A stretch of 64,000 bases of DNA from positions 248,001-312,000 of the forward strand of contig JAVKOQ020000006.1 in assembly GCA_031835245.2 (NCBI GenBank), given 5' to 3'. Below, one piece after another: positions 27,142 to 38,695 of the stretch. Position 1 is the first letter of the stretch. Every line of letters begins with the position of its first letter. The DNA comes from Balamuthia mandrillaris (taxonomy: Eukaryota). The notes beneath the pieces were generated by a model. The model made no database searches. It had not been told where the DNA came from and saw only the letters and a program-made list of their open reading frames with translations. Both the position numbers and the translations under genes were made by a program.

Positions 27142-27666
27142 CTACGATGACCCCAAGTCAAGCTGATACCGTAGAACCGTCATAAGCGGGCGCGAAGGCG
27201 GTCCTGCCACAACTTCCTCGCTAACCCGTTTGAAGCCCTGTTTCTGGTAGAGCCGCCAAGCGTTTTCCATCCTCTCCTTCAACGTCACCAATTTCAAGCG
27301 CTGCGCCCCAACGCGGCGTGCCTCGTCGATCGCTAGTCGTAGCAGCCGCTTGCCAAGGCCTCTTCCTCTCCAAGAGGGCCGCACACTGAGTGCCTCCAGC
27401 AACCAGACGCCCTCTTCCTCGGTGGGCGCAATACAAGCACACCCCACGATAGCACCGCTATGCTTATCGATGGCCACTTGGTGACGTCCTTCCGCGAAGG
27501 AGCTGTCCTGCATGAGGTGCGCAAAGTCCGAAGGTACGTCCTTCAGCTGCTCCAACCATTCCTCTGCACTGTCCTCGCTCAGTGCCAAATGGTTTTGAAT
27601 GACTAGGGCGGCCACTGCCGCTCGCTCCTCTGCTTTAGCGTGCCTTATCTCTACCTCCTCCTGCAT
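27142..27666 (-). CDS. GNAT-family N-acetyltransferase (intronless)
   Basis: Motif A LSVRPSWRGRGLGKRLL and motif B NAWRLYQKQGF. Confidence 0.9.
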   Translation of the reverse strand: MQEEVEIRHAKAEERAAVAALVIQNHLALSEDSAEEWLEQLKDVPSDFAHLMQDSSFAEGRHQVAIDKHSGAIVGCACIAPTEEEGVWLLEALSVRPSWRGRGLGKRLLRLAIDEARRVGAQRLKLVTLKERMENAWRLYQKQGFKRVSEEVVAGPPSRPLMTVLRYQLDLGSS

Positions 27667-27836
27667 CGCTTCCTTCTTTTTCCGTGGCGCCGTAATGCGA
27701 CCACCGCCACTTGGTTCTTCTTCTTCTCCCTCTCTTTTTACCAGATCTGATCTTTCGGTGGTTTGGTTTTTTTTAAAACAAAATGCATTATTATTATTAA
27801 GAGAGCAGAAGCGGGTGCGGGGTGGCAGTATCTCAA

Positions 27837-27876
27837 TAAGGCGGCGCCAAGATCATAAGATCTTGGCGCCGCCTTA
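27837..27876. repeat. Perfect palindrome with 18-bp arms: TAAGGCGGCGCCAAGATC-ATAA-GATCTTGGCGCCGCCTTA
   Basis: Read directly. The same arm recurs at 38444 and, inverted and slightly diverged, at 40935-40960. Confidence 0.9.
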
Positions 27877-27881
27877 GTATC

Positions 27882-28657
27882 TCAGAAGAACATGCCAGCA
27901 ACACGAACGAGAGCGTAACAGCCACCCAGAAGAAGGCAAAGGAAGAGGAGGGCGGCGTTGCTGCGTGTCACAAGGGTCTTTCTTTGGCGCAGCTGTTTAA
28001 GAACGGCGTGCACCTGCTTCTTTGTGTGTTGGACATCGGAGGAGTTGTCCACCACAAAGTCGGCACGTTTCACTTTGAGGCCAATGTCCATCTGGCTCTG
28101 GATGCGTTGTTGTGCGTCCAGCTGGCCAGCTTCGTCTCTGGACATGAGCCGTTGCAGCTGCACCTCTTTAGGCACCGCTACCACTACCACGCTGTTAACC
28201 CACCGCTGCATCCCCGTCTCAAAGAGGAGAGGTGCCTCCACTATCACCAACTCTTCTCCTTTCTGCTTGGTGGTTGCTGCTGATTAGTGGAATCATTTGA
28301 AGGAGAGAACGACAAAGAACGGTGAGACCGACTCTTTCTTACCACAAAGCACCAGAAGAGAAGACCCACAAGTTTACGAAGGATGGCGGGAAGGGTAGCT
28401 CTATCCAGCCATTTACGTTGTTGTCTGTCTGCAAAGATAATAGCGGCTAGCTTCTTGCGATCAAGGGTGCCTTCCTCCGTCACTACTTCCTCTCCGAAAT
28501 GTTGCACTATGCGCCTAAAGAGTATGGTGTGAGGTTCCACCACCTGCCTAGCTAGCTGGTCGAGATCGATCACCACCACACCCTCCTCCTCTTTGAACAT
28601 GGCCCCTACCGTGCTCTTCCCGCACGCTATCCCCCCTGTTAGGCCCACCACCTTCAT
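27882..28657 (-). CDS. DCAKD: Dephospho-CoA kinase (DCAKD-like), 2 exons
   Basis: MKVVGLTGGIACGKSTV (P-loop), LDRKKLAAIIF, EAPLLFE, QLQRLMSRD, ADFVVDNS, C-terminal TM helix. Confidence 0.92.
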
Positions 28658-29155
28658 CTTTACCCGCACCGATTCCCTTGCTCTTCTCTTGGCCTATGCT
28701 TGTTATTTTCTCCACCCACCACCACCCTTCTCCTTTGCTTTTTTTTTCCCCCCAACAAAACGTTCTCTTCTTTTCTCCCTTCATCGTTATGAGGTAAACT
28801 CTCTCTCCCTCTCTTTCTCTCTCTCTCCCTCTCTCTCCCTCTCTCCCTCTCTCTCCCTCTCTCCCTCTCTCCCTCTCTCTCCTCCTCTCTCTCTCTCTCC
28901 CTCTCTCTCCCTCTCTCCCTCTCTCTCCCTCTCTCCCTCTCTCTCTCTCTCTCTCCCTCCCTCCCCTTCTCGTGCATGCTTTACCCTCTTGTTCTTTACC
29001 ATTTGTGCTAACCACGGATGACAACAATCAGTTTCTCTCTCTCTCACATCTTCTCAGCAAAGTAGTGCACAACCTTGTTGTTGCCAAGTTATGGTAGCAG
29101 AGCAGCGGCAGGAGGAAGAGCAAGAGTGAGCAAAAATGGAGCAGCGACAACAGTC

Positions 29156-29433
29156 TCATGTAAGGTCGATGATTTCGTCATCCACTTCCTCTTCTTCATC
29201 CTCCTGTTGATCTTCGAGAAGGTGGGAGGATTGCAGCTTATCAAGGATGGACTTGATGTGAGCCTGATTCTTGGTATCAAGGTCCAGAGCTACGTTGAGG
29301 CAACGGATTGCCTCTGTAAAGTTTCGCAGTTGCTTGTGCGTCTTTCCTAGTAAAAAGAATACAGCGGATTCCTTAGGGGCGTAGTCCGCCAACTCTTCCA
29401 ATACTTGCAATGCTTCCTGATTTACTCACCTTT

Positions 29434-29473
<40 letters not shown>

Positions 29474-32356
29474 GGGAGAGAAGAGAGAGAGAGAGAGAGT
29501 TTACCTCATAACGATGAAGGGAGAAGAGGACAGTGGCCTTCCTAAACTTGGCAAGGGTATTAGCAGGATTTAGCTCTATGGCCTTTTCGAGCACAGGAAG
29601 GGCCTGTTCCAGTTTCTGGTTAGCAAACATGGCCATACCCATGTGCACATTTAACACAGAGCTTAGCCCGTTGATTTGCAACGCTTTTCTAAAGTGATAC
29701 TCCGCAAAGTCATATTTCTCTTGCCTGTAAAATACAATACCCAAACCATACCTTTGAATAGATTCGTTATTTTGTTTCTAATTAGCCAAACGATACCAAA
29801 CAACAAGAGGAAAATGGAGATACAGCCATAGGGAACGAGAAAGAACAGAGAAAAAGGAAGCACAAAGTTATAAAACAAACCAAGCGTTGTAGTGTCTATC
29901 ATCAATGCGGATGGCACTTCTGAAGCAGCCGGTGGCCTTATCCAGATCATCTCCGGCGACATACTCATGTCCGGAAAGGGTATAGGCATAGGTAAACATG
30001 CTATCCAGTTGAATTGCCTGCAATACACAGCATGGTAAGAAATCAAGATAAGGAAGCGGGCTAATGGCGCCAACAGTTTTGCTCAGCTTGGAAACGAATG
30101 AGAGAGGAAGAGATCGGAAGTACCCGGTGGAAAAACTTGATGGCTGTCCGGTGTTCATTTTGTAAGCTGAAACAATTGCCAACTGCACACCAACTCTGCG
30201 GCGCCATTCTGTCAAGCTCAGTGAGCTGTTGTGCCAAAAAGCTGAGCTCGACCTCTTTACGGAGGTGCCAAAGAATTGTGGAGTAGATTTCCATCCCTTC
30301 GACGCGGTATGGCTCTTTCTTTCGGACTTCTTCGTAATGTCTCTCAGCCTGCACAAAAGAATGTCAATAAACAAGACGTAATAAAAAAGGGGTGTGCAAT
30401 TACTTGCCTCCTGATGATTGGTCATTTCAAAGTATGCTCGTCCAACGTTACAGAGTACCCAACCTGTCTCGTATTGCTTTGGAGGAAGAGCTTGGAAAGC
30501 CTCTATTGCATGTTGACACCGAAATCTGAAATGTTGGCATGTTATAAATGTGATGTAAGATGAGTTGCAAAAGATAATGTACTGCTACGTACTGGCAAAG
30601 ATGGCGGTAGGCATTACCGATGTGTTTCAACAATGTCAATACCGCAATAACTCCAACTGGGTCTAAAACATATAAGTAGACGGAGGAGCAATGTTGGTAC
30701 GTGGAACACGTAAAGGCAACAGGTACAAAGTATCATGTAAATAGGGACAAAGGGTCAGACCTTGAGGGGCTCCATTAAAGGGAGATGGCAGGGGCGTGCT
30801 TGGTGTCTCCAACAGTTTCCTTCGAGCAGCTCGTTCCCCCTTTGCATGAGCCTCTCCAATTTCGTCAGTTGCAACGGATGCTGCATCCGTACTAGTGAAG
30901 CGTAGAGCTTTTGTCCTTAATTTAGGGCTATTCCTTGGTTCGGTAGGCGTAAAGAGATTAGAGGCTGCCGCATTCTGCTCTTGTTGTGAGTGCAACGCAA
31001 GCTCGTCTACCTCATCTGCCGTATTCTAATGCACAAAAGAGAAAACACGAAACGTTACTCCAAGAAAATAAAGAGAGAGAATGTCATAAATGAAAAATCA
31101 ACCTTTGATTTGGGTATTCGTCGCTTAGTGGTATAGGGAAGCCGCTTTGACACTTCTGATTTTCTTTTGCCGTTAGTCTTGCCCGCAGTAGCAATGTCTC
31201 CTTCCAGAGCCGAAGAGAAAGACAGGCGTGTTGTTCTCACTTTAGGACTTTTGACCTTGTGATAGCATACTATTAGTCCCATTCAGGTTTTATGTGATGA
31301 ATTGGTGTTACCTTGCGACCCTCGGCACCATTCGTCACGATGGAAGCAGTGTGCTTATTTCTAAGCTTGCGCTTGGGGAGGTCTACAGGAGGCTGCTTGT
31401 TTGCTCCAGAAGAAGTTATACTCGACGGCAGCGGAGACGGTGTGTAAGGATTAGTTTCGTTGAGGTCGAGTTCTCCCAACAGATCTACTGTCAAAGAAGG
31501 TGACGATGCTGACGAAGCAGACAATGACGCCGAACTGGATGAAGAGGTACTGTTAGTAGCTGTGATAAAAACAGAAAGCAAAGAACAGAGGTGAAAAGAG
31601 GCTGGGAGACAGAGGGCAGAAGCGAAGAGGAGACGCGTACCAGGGCGTTTGGAATGCCGAAGAAACGGAAGGGGAGGCAGAAAAATCGGAAAAGTTGAAG
31701 AGGGTAGAGCTGGTTGTAGAGAACGAGTTGCTCTGTTTGGAAGAGATGTTAGGGGTTTGGAAGAGGCTCGCTTTAACAGTAACAGAAGAAGAGAAGACGG
31801 AAGGGAGAGCGGGTGTTGAAGAGAAGAGGGCGGCTTGGGCAGGTCCAACAGCAGCAGAGCCAAAACACTCAGCAGCGTCAACGTCAGCGCCAAGGGAGCA
31901 AAGAGCTTCGTAGGCTGACCAAAGGAAAGGGTTCAATTCCACGCTTTTCTTGAAGTACTTGATGGCTAGTCTCTTTTGGTTGAGCTTTCTGCAGACTTGG
32001 CCCAGCAGAAAGCAACCAGCAGCACCACCAGGCACGCCGACGGGCAGCTCTGCGGAGGAGTGCGAAGAATGAGGTAGCAGTAAGCATTGCTCCGCTTCTC
32101 TGAACTTGCCCAGAGAATAGCAAGCACAGGAGAACAGGTAGCGAAGTTCCGGAGAAGCGGAGGGCAGCCCCGCTGCCTCTCTCAGTAGGAGGTAGACCTT
32201 GTTGGGTTTGCCAGCGCGATAATGGCATAGGGCCAGCAGCTGCAGCGTTCTTTCGTTGGCGACAAAGGCGTACAAGCGCTCCGCCAGGAAAATAGCGTTG
32301 GCGTAGAGCAGGTTCTCCAACGAGTAGCTGATGCATTGCACCAGTGTCTCCTCCAT
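29156..32356 (-). CDS. CDC27: Anaphase-promoting complex subunit 3 (TPR protein), multi-exon
   Basis: NAIFLAERL, LNPFLWSAYEALC, GMEIYSTILWHL, WCAVGNCFSLQNEH, YAYTLSGHEY, RHYNAWYGLG. Confidence 0.95.
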
Positions 32357-32914
32357 CCCTGTAGCTCGTTTGTCCCCCTTTTGGGCGTGCGCTAGCGTAC
32401 GGCAGTTCCCCCCACCAGCACAAGCACGACCAACCAACCACAAGCGACACAGAGCCCTTGCTTGTTGCTGCTGTTTAAACAACAACAACAACACAACCAC
32501 AATAGAAAAGAGAGTAGCGGGGGGTTTGGTTTTTGGCGGGAGAGGAGGAGAGGAGGAGAAATTTAGTAATAGCCCAACCCGATAGGTATCTCCCCCCCTA
32601 ATAGGCCTCTCTTACCCTAAAAACCACAACACCAACAACAAGGCAACAACAAGGCAAGGCTCCGTGCCCCGAGCCTCTCCGCCTCTTCTTGCCTCCTCCT
32701 CCGCCCCAGCCGCTCCCTGTGGTCCACCTGCAAGCCCTCCTCCTCTTCCTTTTACCGGCGAAGAAACGTAGCAGCAACCTCCCTCGAGCAAGCAAGTGGT
32801 TGGGGTGGTGGTGGTGGGGTCGGCTATTCCTGCCTGCCTGCCTGCTGGCCGCGCTACAACCCTTCTTCCCTTTCTTCTTACAAGAAAGAGAGGTTAGTTG
32901 CTCCCAAGCTGCCA

Positions 32915-32949
<35 letters not shown>

Positions 32950-33119
32950 GAAGGCTGCATGCCAATACCCGTGATACCCCTCTGTGAAGCCTTCTTTTTT
33001 CTTCCCACACCGCCGCCTCCTCCTCCGCCTCCTCCTCTTCGTGGCGCTTCGCTCAGAAGGCCCCCACAGAAAGCAATAAAAGCAGAAAAGCGAGCAGCAG
33101 CCCTGCGCCAGCCATCATA

Positions 33120-35161
33120 ATGCTGACCAAGAGCAGAAACGCCAGGCATAGCACCATGACAAAGGGGGAGGAGGAACGCGCTTTGAGGGAGCAGTTCCCC
33201 TCCTTTATAGTGCATGACTGCAACCAGTGGTCGCAGTTGGTGGGCGTTGCTGACCCCCACAAAGACTCGGTTGCTGCCGCAGCTTACAGCGGCGGCGGTG
33301 CTCCTCAGGAGGCCCCTTGTTGGTCTTCTTCGGCCGAAGGGGCAGCAGGCAAGCCCAACCTTTTGCATGAAGAGGATCGGCAGTCAGATGGGCCGCTGGC
33401 CTCTTCTCACAACACAAACGGGTTACTTACCAGCCAAGAGGTACCGTTTTCTTCTTTTCTTTTTCTTTTTCTTTTTCTTTTTCTTTTTCTTTTTCTGTTT
33501 TGTTTGTTGTTCTTTGTAGGTCTATTGTTGTTAGTTGGACTGCGTTAAACTCACAGCAGGAGCATACTTTTTGCCAAAACAAAAACAAAGGTGCAAGCGC
33601 TAGGTTACAAAATGTGCGACCCGGTGAGAGGGGTTCGTGTTCACGATGTTCAAAAGTGCTACTGGCGGTACTATCGGCAGTGCTTCTCTGGTCTGAGACC
33701 CTCTTTTCTTGTGGTCGCACGTTAGCGAAAGTTGAAAGCTCATGGTTAACTTTCATTTCCTTATGAGCAGGCTCTGATGTGGTGGACTGGATCATTGCTC
33801 ATTGTGCTAAAGTGTCGTCAAGGGAGCAAGCTGCTAAAGTTGCACAATATCTCTTTACCAGTGGTTTCTTTCGGCCGGTTACCCAAACAAGCACTTGCTT
33901 CAAGGACTCGCCACTTTTGTTTTGTACGTTTGAGGTACAAAAAGTCCTTTGCTTCTTATTTCTTTACGTTATTTCTTCACTTATTGATGGTCATTTGCCT
34001 TCTCTTGGCCTTTTCCTCTCAGCCTAATAATGTGTGTGTGGAAGATATGGACTACAAAATGGTACATTGTGCCCTTGTTCTGTTGCTTATTTTTTTTTTC
34101 TTGTCATCTTTCGTTTCTTGCTCTCGACCGTACCTCCTTGCTTGCTTTTCTTTCGCGCACTGACCCTATGCTCTGCTTCTAGATCAAAGCAATAGTAGAG
34201 CAGATGAGCGACACAAGAAATGGAGGTGTTGAACTGAAAAACCGGAGATACTTCTTTAAAACTTACAATAATTGTTTTTTGGGTAACGTGGCACCCGTCA
34301 CATGACGATTTGCATAACAAGCCTAACATCATTACTTATTAGGCTCAGAGGCGGTGACTTGGTTGGTGGATAATGTTCCTTTGTTGGAGTCAAGGGAGCA
34401 AGCGGTCCAGTTTGGGCAAATGTTAATGAATAACGGATATATTTACCACGTTACCAATAGCCACCCCTTTGGTGATAGCAATTATTTTTATGTATTCGAT
34501 GTACGTGCTGTTTTTGTTGTTGTTTGTTGTTTCTTTTTTTTAGTGCTTATTTCACACAAACCACCAGAAATGCATTCAAATAGAGTACAGAAACAACCTC
34601 AAGTTGGAGTATGAAAATGAAGATGTACAAAAAAGCGGCTTCCTAACGTTTCTGACGCGGGGAAAGGATGGGGCGATCGAAAAAGAGGCATTGCGATGGT
34701 TTTGCTTGCGCAAAGAATGCCTCTGGTGGTATTCCTCTTCTACTGCTACACAACCTCTTGGCTCTATTCCTTTGTTTGATATCTCCTTACAGGTTCCGTC
34801 CTCGTTACCAATTCTTCATCTAACTGGATCATTAACACCATTGCGCACAGGTTTCTAAATTTTTAGACGACAAGGAAGGAAAGCATTCCTTTGAAATTAT
34901 TACGGCTACCAACTCCGTGTACACGTTGGTATGTTGTTTTCCCTCTTTATTTTCTCCTCGTAAAGCACTCGTGCTGACACACACATCATACAGACAGCAC
35001 GAACGTCTGAAGAGATGGAAGAATGGATGGCAGCCATCTACTCCTACACAATCGAGGCAGAAAATGACCTTATGGAAAGGGCAGAAATAATTATTGAAAA
35101 CGCCACCCTCAAACTAAACTCGCCACTAGAACTTCGGCGAGAGTCTTTTAAATCTGTGTAA
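33120..35161 (+). CDS. DEP-domain(s) + PH-domain signalling protein, multi-exon
   Basis: GSDVVDWI...SREQAAKVAQYL and NCFLGSEAVTWL...SREQAVQFGQMLMNNGYIYHV...PFGD (DEP); KSGFL...LRWFCL...PLGSIPL...EEMEEWMAAI (PH). Confidence 0.82.
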
Positions 35162-35215
35162 ACAAGTGTTTTTATAATTTTGCCCATTTTTATTCTCTTG
35201 TTTTCTCTAGCCTCT

Positions 35216-35265
<50 letters not shown>

Positions 35266-35369
35266 AAGAATTTGTGCATAAAAAGCTATTCATTCCATGT
35301 TTCCATGAAAGCAATGAGCAATAGTATTAGAGTGTTGAAAAGAATATGGAAATGATGCGTGAGTAACTA

Positions 35370-38298
35370 TTACTTGTATTTGAACTTGACAACCACCAGG
35401 TAGCTGATAACAATCTGCAAAAAATGTTAGAACTTGCCACTCATTGAAACTGCAATCTAACATACCTGGGCGACATCATAAACAATAAACTCATTGTACA
35501 AAAGACTTCCAGATGTACCAGTTGCGGCTGGTTTTCCAAGAGGAATCAACATTCCATCATTTCTGCAGAACAAAAGAAAATATAAGCGAAAACTAAGAGT
35601 GAACGAACTGCGCTACTAAATATACGTTGTCACTGCTTCAGCCGGATCGGGACCTGTGGCGCCACAACCTTTGGTGCTATGATAACCGGATGGGGCTTGA
35701 TCCATATATTCTGCTTGCAAGCAATCATATGTATTTCCTAAAGCAACACGAGATAACAGCATCACTCCCTACTTTCCAAAAGCAAAAAAAGTTAAAGCAA
35801 AGGTACAACTTCGAGTAGAGGTTCAACAATTGAATCGTACAATTGGATTGGAACGGCTACTGTGGCAATAATTTGCACTCTTGGTCACCATATCAGCAAA
35901 ATAAACTGATAAATATCAAATAAAATTAACTTCACTCAAAACAAAGAAACATAAACTCAGAAGGAACTGACGTACCCCCTTTTCCAAACATGTAGCCAGT
36001 AACAGGGGCTTCTGGGGGAGCAATCCGAAGGCCTTGAGACAGAATGCCAACGTAATTAGTCAACCGTGACCCATGCCATAAAAGCTGATGGTTATGAAGT
36101 GAGGCGTAATTAGCAAAACGCTCATGCTCTCCAGCTCGTTGCACAGAAAAGAGAGAATCCAGCTCTAAAGTATAGCTGGTATGTGTAGGGGCATGGGTGT
36201 TCCGGATATAACTAAGGTGACATAAAAAACAAATATGGTTAATGGCATACTTGGCAAAAAAAAATTCGCCTACTCACAGACTGATGCGCTTATAATCTTC
36301 AGAAGTTTCGGAAATTGGCACAAGAACAGTGTTAAGGGCTTTATAAGAGCTGTCAATGGGATTTTCATCTGAAGTTGTTGAACCTTTCAGAAGATTTGTG
36401 GCAATTTCTATATCTCCTAATGCCTGTGTTCAACAAGTAGCAACGTGTTAGCTTCATATAGTTAAGAGATGAACATGCGCCGGCTTTGATACCTCTAACA
36501 TTGCCATCTTCTTTTGCATCATCTTTGTCGTAGAAATAAGTGGTGGTCTATTCATTCCAAAGTCGTGAGGTATGAGGGAGTAAAAGTCATTGGTCAGATT
36601 GGTAAGCTTCGATTTGTCAACTGGTTTCGTCCCAAGCACTTTCTCCAATTTTTTGAGCACTTTGTAGCCTTTGTCAATATGAGACTTCTTAAGCTTGCCC
36701 AATGGCATCTTGTTGATGTCAAACTCCATCTCTACCAAAGTGTCTTGCATCATGTTAAGGTTGCAAATCAATTGTATAAGCTTTTGAACAGACTCATCCA
36801 GTTGACTCTCGGGAATTTTTGAGTTTGTTTTGGTTTGAAGTGCCTTCTTTTGTTTTTCTACTAAGTCCTCCTTGATTGAAAAGCAAGCGTCAAGAAAATG
36901 TTTTCCCAAGCAAATACTTATGTTGAAGTATACGTACAGTGTCGCTGTTATCTGAACCAAAGTCACGTTCAACCATTATGTATTTTCCCTTCACCCGTTT
37001 GAAGTTATCACGGTCCTCCCAGTCGTTACCTGTCTTGCTAGAAAACCTGTGCCCATCACGGATTGTTAACCTTTGAAGAAGTGCCACGTGTACATTGTTT
37101 TGTTAACGAGAAATGATAATAAATACTTGGATTCAAAGGTGGCTTTGGCATTGCTAAGACTACTGCACTGCTCAAGCTTGCTTTGGCCCTTCGCCCCAAC
37201 TGATCAGTGATTGTCGAGTCAGATCGATACTAATGATTAGAAGAAACAGCTGTACTCTACCCCGTCCCCAACGTGTCCAAACTGCCCAGCCGTTTTTGGT
37301 ATCTTTCTCCAGCAGTTGAATGGCATAAAACTTGTTATGACCTTTAATACTGTAGGAAATATCGGTCTGAAGACGATGAGAATGTGCACTTTTGTCTAAA
37401 GAAAGAAGAAGAAAGAAAACAGGAAGGTAGAATACTTGATTTAACATAACGTCATAGATATCATTCCCTTCTTCCAATACATGGTACTGAAGAGAGCAAG
37501 TGTGCTGGGTTATTACAAGTCACATGCAGGTAGAGAGTAGTAAGGAGAACAAACCGCTTGTTGTACATGATCCGGCAAATAAGGGTCTACTGCGGCTCTC
37601 CCTTTCTTGATAACCTTGATCTTTTTACCTTTGGACTCGTTGCTGGTACTACTCTTTTTCTGGGACTGGTTACTCCCCTCCTCGGGCTCTTCTGAATCTT
37701 CTTGCTCTGACTCTTGGCTCGCTATTTTTCTCTTTCTCTTTGCAAGTCCTGAGTGGGAGAGGGAGAGGGGGAGAGAAGGGTGAGGTTGAACAAGAAGGCC
37801 TCCAAGTAAATGGCACGTACGCTTCTTAGGCTTTGGCTTCTATCCGACGCATTCGATAGGAGAGAGAGAAGAGGGTCAAAAGTAAGAGAAAGCCCTTACA
37901 TGTTGGCAAAAAAGATCAAGTTACCGCAAACACGTAATGTTCATCAGAAAGCTGCACCCGTCCGGCCTTAATACAGTCCTCCACCCAGGCCTCAGCAAGG
38001 CACGGCAGGTCTAGTTCTTTCGCTTTCTCAATAATAGCTGACTTGTCCTTCGCTAAACACACAACGTAGTGCACCTGCCCACGGGCCACCGCGTCATTGC
38101 GTGAGAAGAGAAAGAGAAGCAGGCAACAAAGAAACGGTGAAAGGCAAGCTGGGTTACCTTCTCGGTGATGTTCTCCACGCAGCAACCGCCTTCCTTTGTT
38201 ATGTCATCAATCAAAGAGTCTCGCACTTTCTTGGTGAAGCTTCCAGACGACACATTAATAAAAAGGCTGCGGAAAACGCCGCCATTCTTGGTAGTCAT
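35370..38298 (-). CDS. Poly(ADP-ribose) polymerase (BRCT-WGR-regulatory-catalytic; PARP1/2-like)
   Basis: BRCT-like N-terminus (WVEDCI), KFYAIQLL...[54 protein letters not shown] (H-Y-E triad intact). Confidence 0.95.
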
Positions 38299-38519
38299 GA
38301 CAGCCTTCCTTTTGTTGAGTCTTCTTCCCTCCGGATTGTTGCTTTCTTTTTTGGTGTTATAACGCCTAATAATATACCTTTTTTTTTTTTTTTTTTTTTT
38401 TGGTGGTTCGAATAGTTTTTTTTCCTGGAATACATTTAATACCTAAGGCGGCGCCAAGATCAAGCCGATCCATGGGACAACGAAAATAAAGCAAAATTAG
38501 TAAAAGGAAAACAAAAAAC

Positions 38520-38695
38520 AGACACAAAAAATAACCCACCACCTCCGGCGTGCCTAATCACGGCTTGTCTTACGACTCGCTATAAGCAACGGTGCCGGCA
38601 CCAAAGCAACCTTACCGCCTACCGCCCCCTCACAGAGGAGGAGGAGGAGGTGGTAAGTGCTTGTAAAGTGAAAAAGCGGATCAAGATGTTTCGGG
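38520..38695 (-). ncRNA. Putative Fanzor omegaRNA copy 1 (scaffold ending ...GCCGGAGG at 38542, followed by a ~20-nt guide)
   Basis: Overlaps the Fanzor 3' end as omegaRNAs do; several stems can be drawn; conserved with 42181-42325 up to a sharp boundary. Confidence 0.75.
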
